Shown: positions 1-18,400 of the stretch, piece after piece | Numbering within the stretch: the first letter of the stretch is position 1 | Layout of the letters: each line of letters begins with the position of its first letter | From: the human T2T-CHM13v2.0 reference genome, Homo sapiens | Assembly (NCBI RefSeq): GCF_009914755.1 | Contig: NC_060937.1 | Strand: one strand, 5' to 3' | DNA length: 64,000 nucleotides | Made by a program: the position numbers and the translations under genes | The notes under the pieces: model-generated | Seen by the model: only the letters and a program-made list of their open reading frames with translations | The model's database searches: none | Told to the model about the DNA's origin: nothing

Positions 1-3000
1 TAAAATACCAAAGTACCCCAAATATATATTATATACTGTACATGAAATATCAAAGTTCACAAACTATATATTATATACTGTACATAAAATATCAAAGTAC
101 CAAAGGTATATATTCTATACTGTACAAAAAATATCAAAGTACCCAAAGCATGTATTATATACTGTACATAAAATATGAAAGTACATCAAATATATATTTT
201 ATTCTGTACATAAAATATCAAAGTACACCAAATATATATTCTATAGTTTACATAAAATATAAAAGTACCCAAACTATACATTATATACTGTACATAAAAT
301 ATGAAATTACATCAAATATATATTATATTAGGTACATAAAATATGAAATTACATCAAATATATATTACATTAGGTACATAAAGTGTGAAAGTACATCAAA
401 TATAGATTATATACTGTACATAAAATACCAAAGTACCCCAAATACATATTATATACTGTACATGAAATATCAAAGTTCACAAACTATATATTATATACTG
501 TACATAAAATATCAAAGTACCCAAGGTATATATTCTATACTGTACAAAAAATATCAAAGTATGCAAAGCATGTATTATATACTGTACATAAAATATGAAA
601 TTACATCAAATATATATTATATTAGGTACATAAAATATGAAAATACATCAAATATATATTATATACTCTACATAAAATACCAAAGTACCCCAAATACATA
701 TTATATGCTGTACATTAAATATCAAAGTTCACAAACTATATATTATATACTGTACATAAAATATCAAAGTACCGAAGGGATATATTCTATACTGTACAAA
801 AAATATCAAAGTACCCAAAGCATGTATTATATACTGTACATAAAATATGAAAGTACATCAAATATATATTTTATTCTGTACATAAAATATCAAAGTACAC
901 CAAATATATATTCTATAGTGTACATAAAATATCAAAGTACCCAAACTATACATTATATACTGTACATAAAATATGAAATTACATCAAATATATATTATAT
1001 TAGGTACATAAAATATGAAAGTACATCAAATATTGATTATACACTGTACATAAAATACCAAAGAACCCCAAATATATATTATATACTGTACATGAAATAT
1101 CAAAGTTCACAAACTATATATTATATAATGTACATAAAATATCAAAGTACCCAAGGTATATATTCTATACTGTACAAAAAATATCAAAGTACCCAAAGCA
1201 TGTATTATATAGTGTATATAAAATATGAAAGTACATCAAATATATATTTAATTCTGTACATAAAATATCAAAGTACACCAAATATATATTCTATACTGTA
1301 CATAAAATATCAAAGTACCCAAACTATACATTATATACTGTAGATAAAATATGAAATTACATCAAATATATATTATATTAGGTACATAAAATTTGAAAGT
1401 ACATCAAATATAGATTATACACTGTATATAAAATACCAAAGAACCCCAAATATATATTATATACTGTACATGAAATATCAAAGTTCACAAACTATATATT
1501 ATATACTGTACATAAAATATCAAAGTACCCAAGGTATATATTCTATACTGTACAAAAAATATCAAAGTACCCAAAGCATGTATTATATACTGTTCATAAA
1601 ATATGAAAGTACATCAAATATATATTTTATTCTGTACATAAAATATCTAAGTACACCAAATATATATTCTATAGTGTACATAAAATATGAAATTACCCAA
1701 ACTATACATTATATACTGTACATAAAATATGAAATTACATCAAATATATATTATATTAGGTACATAAAATATGAAAGTACATCAAATATATATTATATAC
1801 TGTACATAAAATACCAAAGTACCCCAAATACATATTATATACTGTACATGAAATATCAAAGTTCACAAACTATATATTATATACTGTACATAAAATATCA
1901 AAGTACCGAAGGGATATATTCTATACTGTACAAAAAATATCAAAGTACCCAAAGCATGTATTATATACTGTACATAAAATATGAAAGTACATGAAATATA
2001 TATTTTATTCTGTACATAAAATATCAAAGTACACCAAATATATATTCTATAGTGTACATAAAATATCAAAGTACCCAGACTATACATTATATACTGTACA
2101 TTAAACATGAAATTACATCAAATATATATTATATTAGGTACATAAAATATGAAAGTACATCAAATATAAATTATATACTGTACATAAAATACCAAAGTAC
2201 CCCAAATATATATTATATACTGTACATGAAATATCAAAGTTCACAAACTATATATTATATACTGCACATAAAATATCAAACTACCCAAGGTATATATTCT
2301 ATACTGTACAAAAAATATCAAAGTACCCAAAGCATGTATTATATAGTGTATATAAAATATGAAAGTACATCAAATATATATTTAATTCTGTACATAAAAT
2401 ATCAAAGTACACCAAATATATATTCTATAGTGTACATTAAATATCAAACTACCCAAACTATACATTATATACTGTACATAAAATATGAAATTACATCAAA
2501 TATATATTATATTAGGTACATAAAATATGAAAGTACATCAAATATATATTATATACTGTACATAAAATACCAAAGTACCCCAAATACATATTATACACTG
2601 TACATGAAATATCAAAGTTCACAAACTATATATTATATACTGTACATAAAATATCAAAGTACCGAAAGTATATATTCTATATTGTACAAAAAATATCAAA
2701 GTACCCAAAGAATGTATTATATACTGTACATAAAATATGAAAGTACATCAAATATATATGTTATTCTGTGCATAAAATATCAAAGTACACCAAATATATA
2801 TTCTATAGTGTACATAAAATATCAAAGTACCCAAATTATACATTATATACTGTACATAAAATATGAAATTACATCAAATATATATTATATTAGGTACATA
2901 AAATATGAAAGTACATCAAATATAAATTATATACTGTACATAAAATACGAAAGAAACCCAAATATATATTATATACTCTACATGAAATATCAAAGTTCAC

Positions 3001-3419
3001 AAACTATATATTATATACTGTACATAAAATATCAAAGTACCCAAGGTATATATTCTATACTGTACAAAAAATATCAAAGTACGCAAACCATGTATTATAT
3101 ACTGTACATAAAATATGAAATTACATCAAATATATATTATATTAGGTACATAAAATATGAAAGTACATCAAATATAGATTATATACTGTACATAAAATAC
3201 CAAAGTACCCCAAATACATATTATATACTGTACATGAAATATCAAAGTTCACAAACTATATATTATATACTGTACATAAAATATCAAAGTACCCAAGGTT
3301 TATATTCTATACTGTACAAAAAATATCAAAGTAGCCAAAGCATGTATTATATACTGTACATAAAATATGAAAGTACATCAAATATATATTTTATTCTGTA
3401 CATAAAATATCAAAGTACA

Positions 3420-6400
3420 CCAGATATATATTCTATAGTGTACATAAAATAACAAAGTACACAATCTATAAATTATATACTGTACATAAAATATGAAATT
3501 ACATCAAATATATATTAGGTACATAAAATATGAAAGTACATCAAATATAGATTATATACTGTACATGAAATATCAAAGTACCCCAAATATATATTATATA
3601 CTGTACATGAAATATCAAAGTTCACAAACAATATATTATATACTGTACATAAAATATCAAAGTACCCAAGTTATATATTCTATACTGTACAAAAAATATC
3701 AAAGTACCCAAAGCATGTATTATATACTGTACCTAAAATATGAAAGTACATCAAATATATATTTTATTCTGTACATAAAATATCAAAGTACACCAGATAT
3801 ATATTCTATAGTGTACATAAAATATCAAAGTACCCAAACTATACATTATATACTGTACATAAATATGATATTACATCAAATATATATTATGTTAGGTACA
3901 TAAAATATGAAAGTACATCAGATATAGATTATATACTGTACATAAAATATCAATGTACCCCAAATATATATTTTATACTCTACATGAAATATCAAAGTTC
4001 ACAAACTCTATATTATATACTGTACATAAAATATCAAAATACCCAAGGTATATATTCTATGTTGTACAAAAAATATCAAAGTACCCAAAGCATGTATTAT
4101 ATACTGTATATAAAATATGAAAATACATTAAATATATATTTTATTCTGTACATAAAATATCAAAGTACACCAGATATATATTCTATAGTGTACATAAAAT
4201 AACAAAGTACACAAACTATAAATTATATACTGTACGTAAAATATGAAATTACATCAAATATATATTAGGTACATAAAATATGAAAGTACATCAAATATAG
4301 ATTATATACTGTACATATAATATCAATGTACCCCAAATATATATTTTATACTCTACATGAAATATCAAAGTTCACAAACCATACATTATATACTGTACAT
4401 AAAATATCAAAGTACCCAAGGTATATATTCTATACTGTACAAGAAATATCAAAGTACCCATAGCATGTATTATATACTGTACATAAAATATGAAAGTATA
4501 TCAAATATATATTTTATTCTGTACATAAAATATCAAAGTACACCAGATATATATTCTATAGTGTACATAAAATAACAAAGTACCCAAACTATAAATTATA
4601 TACTGTACATAAAATATGAAATTACATCAAATATATATTAGGTACATAAAATATGAAAGGACATCAAATATAGATTATATAGTGTACATAAAATATCAAT
4701 GTACCCCAAATATATATTTTATACTCTACATGAAATATCAAAGTTCACAAACCATATATTATATACTCTACATAAAATATCAAAGTACCCAAGGTATATA
4801 TTCTATACTGTACAAAAAATATCAAAGTACCCAAAGCATGTATTATATACTGTACATAAAATATGAAACTACATCAAATATATATTTTATTCTGTACATA
4901 AAATATCAAAGTACACCAGATATATATTCTATAGTGTATATAAAATATCAACGTACCCAAACTATACATTATATACTGTACATAAAATATGAAATTACAT
5001 CAAATATATATTATATTAGGTACATAAAATATGAAAGCACATCAAATATAGATTATATACTGTACTTTAAATACCAAAGTACCCCAAATATATATTTTAT
5101 ACTGTGCATCAAATATCAAAGTTCACAAACTATATATTATATACTGTACATAAAATATCAAAGTACCTATGGTATATATTCTATACTGTACAAAAAATAT
5201 CAAAGTACCCAAAGCATGTATTTTATACTGTACATAAAATATGAAAGTACATCAAATATATATTAGGTACATAAAATATGAAAGTACATCAAATATAGAT
5301 TATATACTGTACATAAAATATCAAAGTACCCCAAATATATATTATATGCTCTACATGAAATATCAAAGTTCACAAACTATATATTATATACTGTACATAA
5401 AATATCAAAGTACCCAAGGTATATATTCTATACTGTATAAAAAATATCAAAGTATCCAAAGCATGTATTATATACTCTATATAAAATATGAAAGTACATT
5501 AAATATATATTTTATTCTCTACATAAAATATCAAAGTACACCAGATATATATTCTATAGTGTACATAAAATAACAAAGTACACAAACTATAAATTATATA
5601 CTGTACATAAAATATGAAATTACATGAAATATATATTAGGTACATAAAATATGAAAGTACATCAAATATAGATTATATACTGGACATATAATATCAATGT
5701 ACCCCAAATATATATTTTATACTCTACATGAAATATCAAAGTTCACAAACCATACTTTATATACTGTACATAAAATATCAAAGTACCCAAGGTATATATT
5801 CTATACTGTACAAAAAATATCAAAGTACCAAAAGCATGTATTATATACTGTACATAAAATATGAAAGTACATCAAATATATATTTTATTCTGCACATAAA
5901 ATATCAAAGTACACCAGATATATATTCTATAGTGTACATAAAATATCAAAGTACCCAAACTATACATTATACACTGTACATAAAATATGAAATTACATCA
6001 AATATATATTAGGTACATAAAATATGAAAGTACATCAAATATAGATTATATACTGTACATAAAATATCAAAGTACCCCAAATATATATTATATACTCTAC
6101 ATGAAATATCAAAGTTCACAAACTATATATTATATACTGTACATAAAATATCAAAGTACCCAAGGTATATATTCTATACTGTACAAAAAATATCAAAGTA
6201 CCCAAAGCATGTATTATATACTGTACATAAAATATGAAAGTACATCAAATATATATTTTATTCTGTACATAAAATATCAAAGTACACCAGATATATATTC
6301 TATAGTGTACATAAAATATCAAAGTACCCAAACTATACATTATATACTGTACATAAAATATGAAATTCCATCAAATATATATTATATTAGGTACATAAAT

Positions 6401-9400
6401 ATGAAAGTACATCAAATATAGATTATATACTGTAGATAAAATATCAATGTACCCCAAATATATATTTTATACTCTACATGAAATACCAAAGTTCACAAAC
6501 CATATATTATATACTGTACATAAAATATCAAAGTACCCAAGGTATATATTCTATACTGTACAAAAAATATCAAAGTACCCAAAGCATGTATTATATACTG
6601 TACATAAAATATGAAAGTACATCAAATATATATTTTATTCTGTACATAAAATATCAAAGTACACCAGATATATATTCTATAGTGTACATAAAATATCAAA
6701 GTACCCAAACTATACATTATATACTGTACATAAAATATGAAATTACATCAAATATATATTATATTAGGTACATAAAATATGAAAGTACATCAAATATAGA
6801 TTATATACTGTACTTTAAATACCAAAGTACCCCAAATATATATTTTATACTGTACATCAAATATCAAAGTTCACAAACTATATATTATATACTGTACATA
6901 AAATATCAAAGTACCCATGGTATACATTCTATACTGTACAAAAAATATCAAAGTACCCAAAGCAAGTATTATATACTGTACATAAAATATGAAAGTACAT
7001 CAAATATATATGTTATTCTGTACATAAAATATCAAAGTACACCAGATATATATTCTATAGTGTGCATAAAATATCAAAGTACCCAAACTATACATGATAT
7101 ACTGTACATAAAATATGAAATTTCATCAAATATATATTAGGTACATAAAATATGAAAGTACATCAAATATAGATTATATACTGTACATATAATATCAATG
7201 TACCCCAAATATATATTTTATACTCTACATGAAATATCAAAGTTCACAAACAATACATTATATACTGTACATAAAATATCAAAGTACCCAAGGTATATAT
7301 TCTATACTGTACAGAAAATATCAAAGTACCCAAAGCATGTATTTTATACTGTACATAAAATATGAAAGTACATCAAATATATATCTTATTCTGTACATAA
7401 AATATCAAAGTACACCAGATATATATTCTATAGTGTACATAAAATAACAAAGTACCCAAACTATACATTATATACTGTACATAAAATATGAAATTACATC
7501 AAATATATATTAGGTACATAAAATATGAAAGTACATCAAATATAGATTATATACTGTACATAAAATATCAAAGTACCCCAAATATATATTATATACTCTA
7601 CATGAAATATCAAAGTTCACAAACTATATATTATATACTGTACATAAAATATCAAAATACCCAAGGTATATATTCTATACTTTACAAAAAATATCAAAGT
7701 ACCCAAAGCATGTATTATATACTGTACATAAAATATGAAAGTACATCAAATATATATTTTATTCTGTACATAAAATATCAAAGTACACCAGATATATATT
7801 CTATAGTGTACATAAAATAACAAAGTACACAAACTATAAATTATATACTGTACATAAAATATGAAATTACATCAAATATATATTAGGTACATAAAATATG
7901 AAAGTACATCAAATATAGATTATATACTGTACATAAAATATCAATGTACCCCAAATATATATTTTATACTCTACATGAAATATCAAAGTTCACAAACCAT
8001 ATATTATATAATGTACATAAAATATCAAAGTACCCAAGGTATATATTCTATACTGTACAAAAAATATCAAATTACCCAAAGCATTTATTATATACTGTAC
8101 ATAAAATATGAAAGTACATCAAATATATATTTTATTCTGTACATAAAATATCAAAGTACACCAGATATATATTCTATATTGTACATAAAATATCAAAGTA
8201 CCCAAACTATACATTATACACTGTACATAAAATATGAAATTACATCAAATATATATTATATTAGGTACATAAAATATGGAAGTACATCAAATATAGATTA
8301 TATACTGTACATAAAATACCAAAGTACCCCAAATATATATTTTATACTGTACATGAAATATCAAAGTTCACACACTATATATTATATACTGTACATAAAA
8401 TATCAAAGTACCCAAGGTATATATTCTATACTGTACAAAAAATATCAAAGTACCCAAAGCATGTATTAAATACTGTACATAAAATATGAAAGTACATCAA
8501 ATATATATTTTATTCTGTACATAAAATATCAAAGTACACCAGATATATATTCTATAGAGTACATAAAATATCAAAGTACCCAAAATATACATTATATACT
8601 GTACATAAAATATGAAATTACATCAAATATATATTATATTAGGAACATAAAATATGAAAGTACATCAAATATAGATTCTATACTGTACATAAAATATCAA
8701 AGAACACCAAATATATATTATATACTCTACATGAAATATCAAAGTTCACAAACTATATATTGTATACTGTACATAAAATATCAAAGTACCCAAGGTATAT
8801 ATTCTATACTCTACAAAAAATATCAAAGTACCCAAACTATACATTATATACTGTATATAAAATATGAAATTATATCAAATATATATTATATTAGGTACAT
8901 AAAATATGAAAATACATCAAATATAGATTATATACTGTACATAAAATATCAAAGTACCCAAACTATACATTATATACTGTACATAAAATATGAAATTACA
9001 TCAAATAAATATTAGGTAAATAAAATATGAAAGTACATCAAATATAGATTATACGCTGTACAAAAAATATCAAAGTACCCCAAATATATATTATATACTG
9101 TACATGAAATATCAAAGTTCACAAACTATATATTATATACTGTACCTAAAATATCAAAGTACCCAAGGTATATATTCTATACTGTACAAAAAATATCAAA
9201 GTATCCAAAGCATGTATTATATACTGTATGTAAAATATGAAAGTACATTAAACATATATTTTATTCTGTACATAAAATATCAAAGTACACCAGATATATA
9301 TTCTATAGTGTACGTAAAATAACAAAGTACACAAACTATAAATTATATACTGTATATAAAATATGAAATTACATCAAATATATATTAGGTACATAAAATA

Positions 9401-12400
9401 TGAAAGTACATCAAATATAGATTATATACTGTACATATAATATCAATGTACCCCAAATATATATTTTATACTCTACATGAAATATCAAAGTTCACAAACC
9501 ATACATTATATACTGTACATAAAATATCAAAGTACCCAAGGTATATATTCTATACTGTACAAAAAATATCAAAGTACCCAAAGCATGTATTATATACTGT
9601 ACATAAAATATGAAAGTACATCAAATATATATTTTATTCTGTACATAAAATATCAAAGTACACCAGATATATATTCTATAGTGTACATAAAATATCAAAG
9701 TACCCAAACTATAGATTATATACTGTACATAAAATATGAAATTACATCAAATATATATTAGGTACATAAAATATGAAAGTACATCAAATATAGATTATAT
9801 ACTGTACATAAAATATCAAAGTACCCCAAATATATATTATATACTCTACATGAAATATCAAAGTTCACAAACTATATATTGTATACTGTACATAAAATAT
9901 CAAAGTACCCAAGGTATATATTCTATACTGTACAAAAAATATCAAATTACCCAAAGCATGTATTATATACTGTACATAAAATATGAAAGTACATCAAATA
10001 TATATTTTATTCTGTACATAAAATATCAAAGTACACCAGATATATATTCTATAGTGTACATAAAATAACAAAGTACAAAAACTATAAATTATATACTGTA
10101 CATAAAATATGAAATTACATCAAATATATATTAGGTACATAAAATATGAAACTACATCAAATATAGATTATATACTGTACATAAAATATCAATGTACCCC
10201 AAATATATATTTTATACTCTACATGAAATATCAAAGTTCACAAACCATATATTATATACTGTACATAAAATATCAAAGTACCCAAGGTATATATTCTATA
10301 CTATACAAAAAATATCAAAGTACCCAAAGCATGTATTATATACTGTACATAAAATATGAAAGTACATCAAATATATATTTTATTCTGTACATAAAATATC
10401 AAAGTACACCAGATATATATTCTATAGTGTACATAAAATATCAAAGTACCCAAACTATACATTATATACTGTACATAAATATGATATTACATCAAATATA
10501 TATTATGTTAGGTACATAAAATATGAAAGTACATCAGATATAGATTATATACTGTACATAAAATATCAATGTACCCCAAATATATATTTTATACTCTACA
10601 TGAAATATCAAAGTTCACAAACTCTATATTATATACTGTACATAAAATATCAAAATACCCAAGGTATATATTCTATATTGTACAAAAAATATCAAAGTAC
10701 CCAAAGCATGTATTATATACTGTATATAAAATATGAAAATACATTAAATATATATTTTATTCTGTACATAAAATATCAAAGTACACCAGATATATATTCT
10801 ATAGTGTACATAAAATAACAAAGTACACAAACTATAAATTATATACTGTACGTAAAATATGAAATTACATCAAATATATATTAGGTACATAAAATATGAA
10901 AGTACATCAAATATAGATTATATACTGTACATATAATATCAATGTACCCCAAATATATATTTTATACTCTACATGAAATATCAAAGTTCACAAACCATAC
11001 ATTATATACTGTACATAAAATATCAAAATACCCAAGGTATATATTCTATACTGTACAAAAAATATCAAAGTACCCAAAGCATGTATTATATACTGTACAT
11101 AAAATATGAAACTACATCAAATATATATTTTATTCTGTACATAAAATATCAAAGTACACCAGATATATATTCTATAGTGTATATAAAATATCAACGTACC
11201 CAAACTATACATTATATACTGTACATAAAATATGAAATTACATCAAATATATATTATATTAGGTACATAAAATATGAAAGCACATCAAATATAGATTATA
11301 TACTGTACTTTAAATACCAAAGTACCCCAAATATATATTTTATACTGTACATCAAATATCAAAGTTCACAAACTATATATTATATACTGTACATAAAATA
11401 TCAAAGTACCCATGGTATATATTCTATACTGTACAAAAAATATCAAAGTATCCAAAGCATGTATTATATACTGTATATAAAATATGAAAGTACATTAAAC
11501 ATATATTTTATTCTGTACATAAAATATCAAAGTACACCAGATATATATTCTATAGTGTACATAAAATAACAAAGTACACAAACTATAAATTATATACTGT
11601 ATATAAAATATGAAATTACATCAAATATATATTAGGTACATAAAATATGAAAGTACATCAAATATAGATTATATACTGTACATATAATATCAATGTACCC
11701 CAAATATATATTTTATACTCTACATGAAATATCAAAGTTCACAAACCATACATTATATACTGTACATAAAATATCAAAGTACCCAAGGTATATATTCTAT
11801 ACTGTACAAAAAATATCAAAGTACCCAAAGCATGTATTATATACTGTACATAAAATATGAAAGTACATCAAATATATATTTTATTCTGTACATAAAATAT
11901 CAAAGTACACCAGATATACATTCTATAGTGTACATAAAATATCAAAGTACCAAAACTATACATTATATACTGTACATAAAATATGAAATTACATCAAATA
12001 TATATTAGGTACATTAAATATGAAAGTACATCAAATATAGATTATATACTGTACATAAAATATCAAAGTACCCCAAATATATATTATATACTCTACATGA
12101 AATATCAAAGTTCACATAGTATATATTATATACTGTACATAAAATATCAAAGTACCCAAGGTATATATTCTATACTGTACAAAAAATATCAAAGTACCCA
12201 AAGCATGTATTATATACTGTACATAAAATATGAAAGTACATCAAATATATATTTTATTCTGTACATAAAATATCAAAGTACAACAGATATATATTCTATA
12301 GTGTACATAAAATAACAAAGTAGAAAAACTATAAATTATATACTGTACATAAAATATGAAATTACATCAAATATATATTAGGTACATAAAATATGAAAGT

Positions 12401-15400
12401 ACATCAAATATAGATTATATACTGTACATAAATTATCAATGTACCCCAAATATATATTTTATACTCTACATGAAATATCAAAGTTCACAAACCATATATT
12501 ATATACTGTACATAAAATATCAAGGTACCCAAGGTATATATTCTATACTGTACAAAAAATATCAAAGTACACAAAGCATTTATTACTGTACATAAAATAT
12601 GAAAGTACATCAAATATATATTTTATTCTGTACATAAAATATCAAAGTACACCAGATATATATTCTATAGTGTGCATAAAATATCAAAGTACCCAAACTA
12701 ACAATTATATACTGTACATAAAATATGAAATTACATCAAATATATATTATATTAGGTACATAAAATATGAAAGCACATCAAATATAGATTATATACTGTA
12801 CTTTAAATACCAAAATACCCCAAATATATATTTTATACTGTACATCAAATATCAAAGTTCACAAACTATATATTATATACTGTACATAAAATATCAAAGT
12901 ACCCATGGTATATATTCTATACTGTACAAAAAATATCAAAGTACCCAAAGCATGTATTATATACTGTACATAAAATATGAAAGTACATCAAATATATATT
13001 TTATTCTGTACATAAAATATCAAAGTATACCAGATATATATTCTATAGTGTACATAAAATAACAAAGTACACAAACTATAAATTATATACTGTACATAAA
13101 ATATGAAATTACATCAAATATATATTAGGTACATAAAATATGAAAGTACATCAAATATAGATTATATACTGTACATATAATATCAAAGTACCCCAAATAT
13201 ATATTTTATACTCTACATGAAATATCAAAGTTCACAAACTATACATTATGTACTGTACATAAAATATCAAAGTACCCAAGGTATATAATCTATACTGTAC
13301 AAAAAATATCAAAGTACCCAAAGCATATATTATATACTGTACATAAAATATGAAAGTACATCAAATATATATTTTATTCTGTACATATAATATCAAAGTA
13401 CACCAGATATATATTCTATAGTGTACATAAAATATCAAAGTACCCAAACTATACATTATATACTGTACATAAAATATGAAATTACATCAAATATATATTA
13501 GGTACATAAAATATGAAAGTACATCAAATATAGATTATATACTGTACATAAAATATCAATGTACCCCAAATATATATTTTATACTGTACATGAAATATCA
13601 AAGTTCACAAACCATATATTATATAATGTACATAAAATATCAAAGTACCCAAGGTATATATTCTATACTGTACAAAAAATATCAAATTACCCAAAGCATG
13701 TATTTTATACTGTACATAAAATATGAAAGTACATCAAATATATATTTTATTCTGTACATAAAATATCAAAGTACACCAGACATATATTCTATAGTGTACA
13801 TAAAATATCAAAGTACCCAAACTATACATTATACACTGTACATAAAATATGAAATTACATCAAATATATATTATATTAGGTACATAAAATATGAAAGTAC
13901 ATCAAATATAGATTATATACTGTACATAAAATACCAAAGTACCCCAAATATATATTTTATACAGTACATGAAATATCAAAGTTCACACACTATATATTAT
14001 ATACTGTACATAAAATATCAAAGTACCCAAGGTATATATTCTATACTGTACAAAAAATATCAAAGTACCCAAAGCATGTATTAAATACTGTACATAAAAT
14101 ATGAAAGTACATCAAATATATATTTTATTCTGTACATAAAATATCAAAGTACACCAGATATATATTCTATAGTGTACATAAAATATCAAAGTACCCAAAA
14201 TATACATTATAAACTGTACATAAAATATGAAATTACATCAAATATATATTATATTAGGAACATAAAATATGAAAGTACATCAAATATAGATTCTATACTG
14301 TACATAAAATATCAAAGAACCCCAAATATATATTATATACTCTACATGAAATATCAAAGTTCACAAACTATATATTATATACTGTACATAAAATATCAAA
14401 GTACCCAAGGTGTATATTCTATACTCTACAAAAAATATCAAAGTACCCAAACTATACATTATATACTGTATATAAAATATGAAATTATATCAAATATATA
14501 TTATATTAGGTACATAAAATATGAAAGTACATCAAATATAGATTATATACTGTACATAAAATATCAAAGTACCCAAACTATACATTATATACTGTACATA
14601 AAATATGAAATTACATCAAATATATATTAGGTAAATAAAATATGAAAGTACATCAAATATAGATTATATACTGTACATAAAATATCAAATTACCCCAAAT
14701 ATATATTATATACTCTACATGAAATATCAAAGTTCACAAACTATATATTATATAATGTACATAAAATATCAAAGTACCCAAGGTATATATTCTATACTGT
14801 ACAAAAAATATCAAAGTATCCAAAGCATGTATTATATACTGTATATAAAATATGAAAGTACATTAAATATATATTTTATTCTGTACATAAAATATCAAAG
14901 TACACCAGATATATATTCTATAGTGTACATAAAATAACAAAGTACGCAAACTATAAATTATATACTGTACATAAAATATGAAATTACATCAAATATATAT
15001 TAGGTACATAAAATATGAAAGTACATCAAATATAGATTATATTCTGTACATATAATATCAATGTACCCCAAATATATATTTTATACTCTACATGAAATAT
15101 CAAAGTTCACAAACCATACATTATATACTGTACATAAAATATCAAAGTACCCAAGGTATATATTCTATACTGTACAAAAAATATCAAAGTACCCAAAGCA
15201 TGTATTATATACTGTACATAAAATATGAAAGTACATCAAATAGATATTTTATTCTGTACATAAAATATCAAAGTACACCAGATATATATTCTATAGTGTA
15301 CATAAAATATCAAAGTATCCAAACTATACATTATATACTGTACATAAAATATGAAATTACATCAAATATATATTAGGTACATAAAATATGAAAGTACATC

Positions 15401-18400
15401 AAATATAGATTATATACTGTACATAAAATATCAAAGTACCCCAAATATATATTATATACTCTACATGAAATATCAAAGTTCACAACTATATATTATATAC
15501 TGTACATAAAATATCAAAGTACCCAAGGTATATATTCTATACTGTACAAAAAATATCAAAGTACCCAAAGCATGTATTATATACTGTATATAAAATATGA
15601 AAGTACATTAAATATATATTTTATTCTGTACATAAAATATCAAAGTACACCAGATATATATTCTATAGTGTACATAAAATAACAAAGTACGCAAACTATA
15701 CATTATATACTGTACATAAAATATGAAATTACATCAAATATATATTAGGTACATAAAATATGAAAGTACATCAAATATAGATTATATACTGTACATATAA
15801 TATCAATGTACCCCAAATATATATTTTATACTCTACATGAAATATCAAAGTTCACAAACCATACATTATATACTGTACATAAAATATCAAAGTACCCAAG
15901 GTATATATTCTATACTGTACAAAAAATATCAAAGTACCCAAAGCATGTTTTATATACTGTACATAAAATATGAAAGTACATCAAATATATATTTTATTCT
16001 GTACATAAAATATCAAAGTACACCAGATATATATTCTATAGTGTACATAAAATAACAAAGTACACAAACTATACATTATATACTGTACATAAAATATGAA
16101 ATTACATCAAATATATATTAGGTAAATAAAATATGAAAGTACATCAAATATAGATTATATACTGTACATAAAATATCAATGTACCCCAAATATATATTTT
16201 ATACTCTACATGAAATATCAAAGTTCACAAACCATATATTATATAATGTACATAAAATATCAAAGTACCCAAGGTATATATTCTATACTGTACAAAAAAT
16301 ATCAAATTACCCAAAGCATTTATTATATACTGTACATAAAATATGAAAGTACATCAAATATATATTTTATTCTGTACATAAAATATCAAAGTACACCAGA
16401 TATATATTCTATAGTGTACATAAAATATCAAAGTACCCAAACTATACATTATACACTGTACATAAAATATGAAATTACATCAAATATATATTATATTAGG
16501 TACATAAAATATGAAAGTACATCAAATATAGATTATATACTGTACATAAAATACCAAAGTACCCCAAATATATATTTTATACTGTACATGAAATATCAAA
16601 GTTCACACACTATATATTATATACTGTACATAAAATATCAAAGTACCCAAGGTAAATATTCTATACTGTACAAAAAATATCAAAGTACCCAAAGCATGTA
16701 TTATATATTGTACATAAAATATGAAAGTACATCAAATATATATTTTATTCTGTACATAAAATATCAAAGTACACCAGATATATATTCTATAGTGTACAAA
16801 ATATCAAAGTACCCAAACTATACATTATATACTGTACATAAAATATGAAATTACATCAAATATATATTATATTAGGTACATAAAATATGAAAGTACATCA
16901 AATATAGATTATATACTGTACATAAAATATCAAATTACCCCAAATATATATTATATACTCTACATGAAATATCAAAGTTCACAAACTATATATTATATAC
17001 TGTACATAAAATATCAAAGTACCCAAGGTATATATTCTATACTGTACAAAAAATATCAAAGTATCCAAAGCATGTATTATATACTGTATATAAAATATGA
17101 AAGTACATTAAATATATATTTTATTCTGTACATAAAATATCAAAGTACACCAGATATATATTCTATAGTGTACATAAAATAACAAAGTACGCAAACTATA
17201 AATTATATACTGTACATAAAATATGAAATTACATCAAATATATATTAGGTACATAAAATATGAAAGTACATCAAATATAGATTATATTCTGTACATATAA
17301 TATCAATGTACCCCAAATATATATTTTATACTCTACATGAAATCTCAAAGTTCACAAACCATACATTATATACTGTACATAAAATATCAATGTACCCAAG
17401 GTATATATTCTATACTGTACAAAAAATATCAAAGTACCCAAAGCATGTATTATATACTGTACATAAAATATGAAAGTACATCAAATAGATATTTTATTCT
17501 GTACATAAAATATCAAAGTACACCAGATATATATTTTATTCTGTACATAAAATATCAAAGTACACCAGATATATATTCTATAGTGTACATAAAATATCAA
17601 AGTACCCAAACTATACATTATATACTGTACATAAAATATGAAATTACATCAAATATATATTATATTAGGTACATAAAATATGAAAGTACATCAAATATAG
17701 ATTATATACTGTACATAAAATATCAAAGTACCCCAAATATATATTATATACTCTACATGAAATATCAAAGTTCACAAACTATATATTATATACTGTAAAT
17801 AAAATATCAAAGTACCCAAGGTATATATTCTATACTGTACAAAAAATATCAAAGTATCCAAAGCATGTATTATATACTGTATATAAAATATGAAAGAACA
17901 TTAAATATATATTTTATTCTGTACATAAAATATCAAAGTACACCAGATATATATTCTATAGTGTACATAAAATAACAAAGTACGCAAACTATAAATTATA
18001 TACTGTACATAAAATATGAAATTACATCAAATATATATTAGGTACATAAAATATGAAAGTACATCAAATATAGATTATATACTGTACATAAAATATCAAT
18101 GTACCCCAAATATATATTTTATACTCTACATGAAATATCAAAGTTCACAAACCATATATTATATACTGTACATAAAATATCAAAGTACCCAAGGTATATA
18201 TTCTATACTGTACAAAAAATATCAAAGTACCCAAAGCATGTATTATATACTGTACATAAAATATGAAAGTACATCAAATATATATTTTATTCTGTACATA
18301 AAATATCAAAGTACACCAGATATATATTCTATAGTGTACATAAAATATCAAAGTACCCAAACTATTTATTATATACTGTACATAAAATATGAAATTACAT

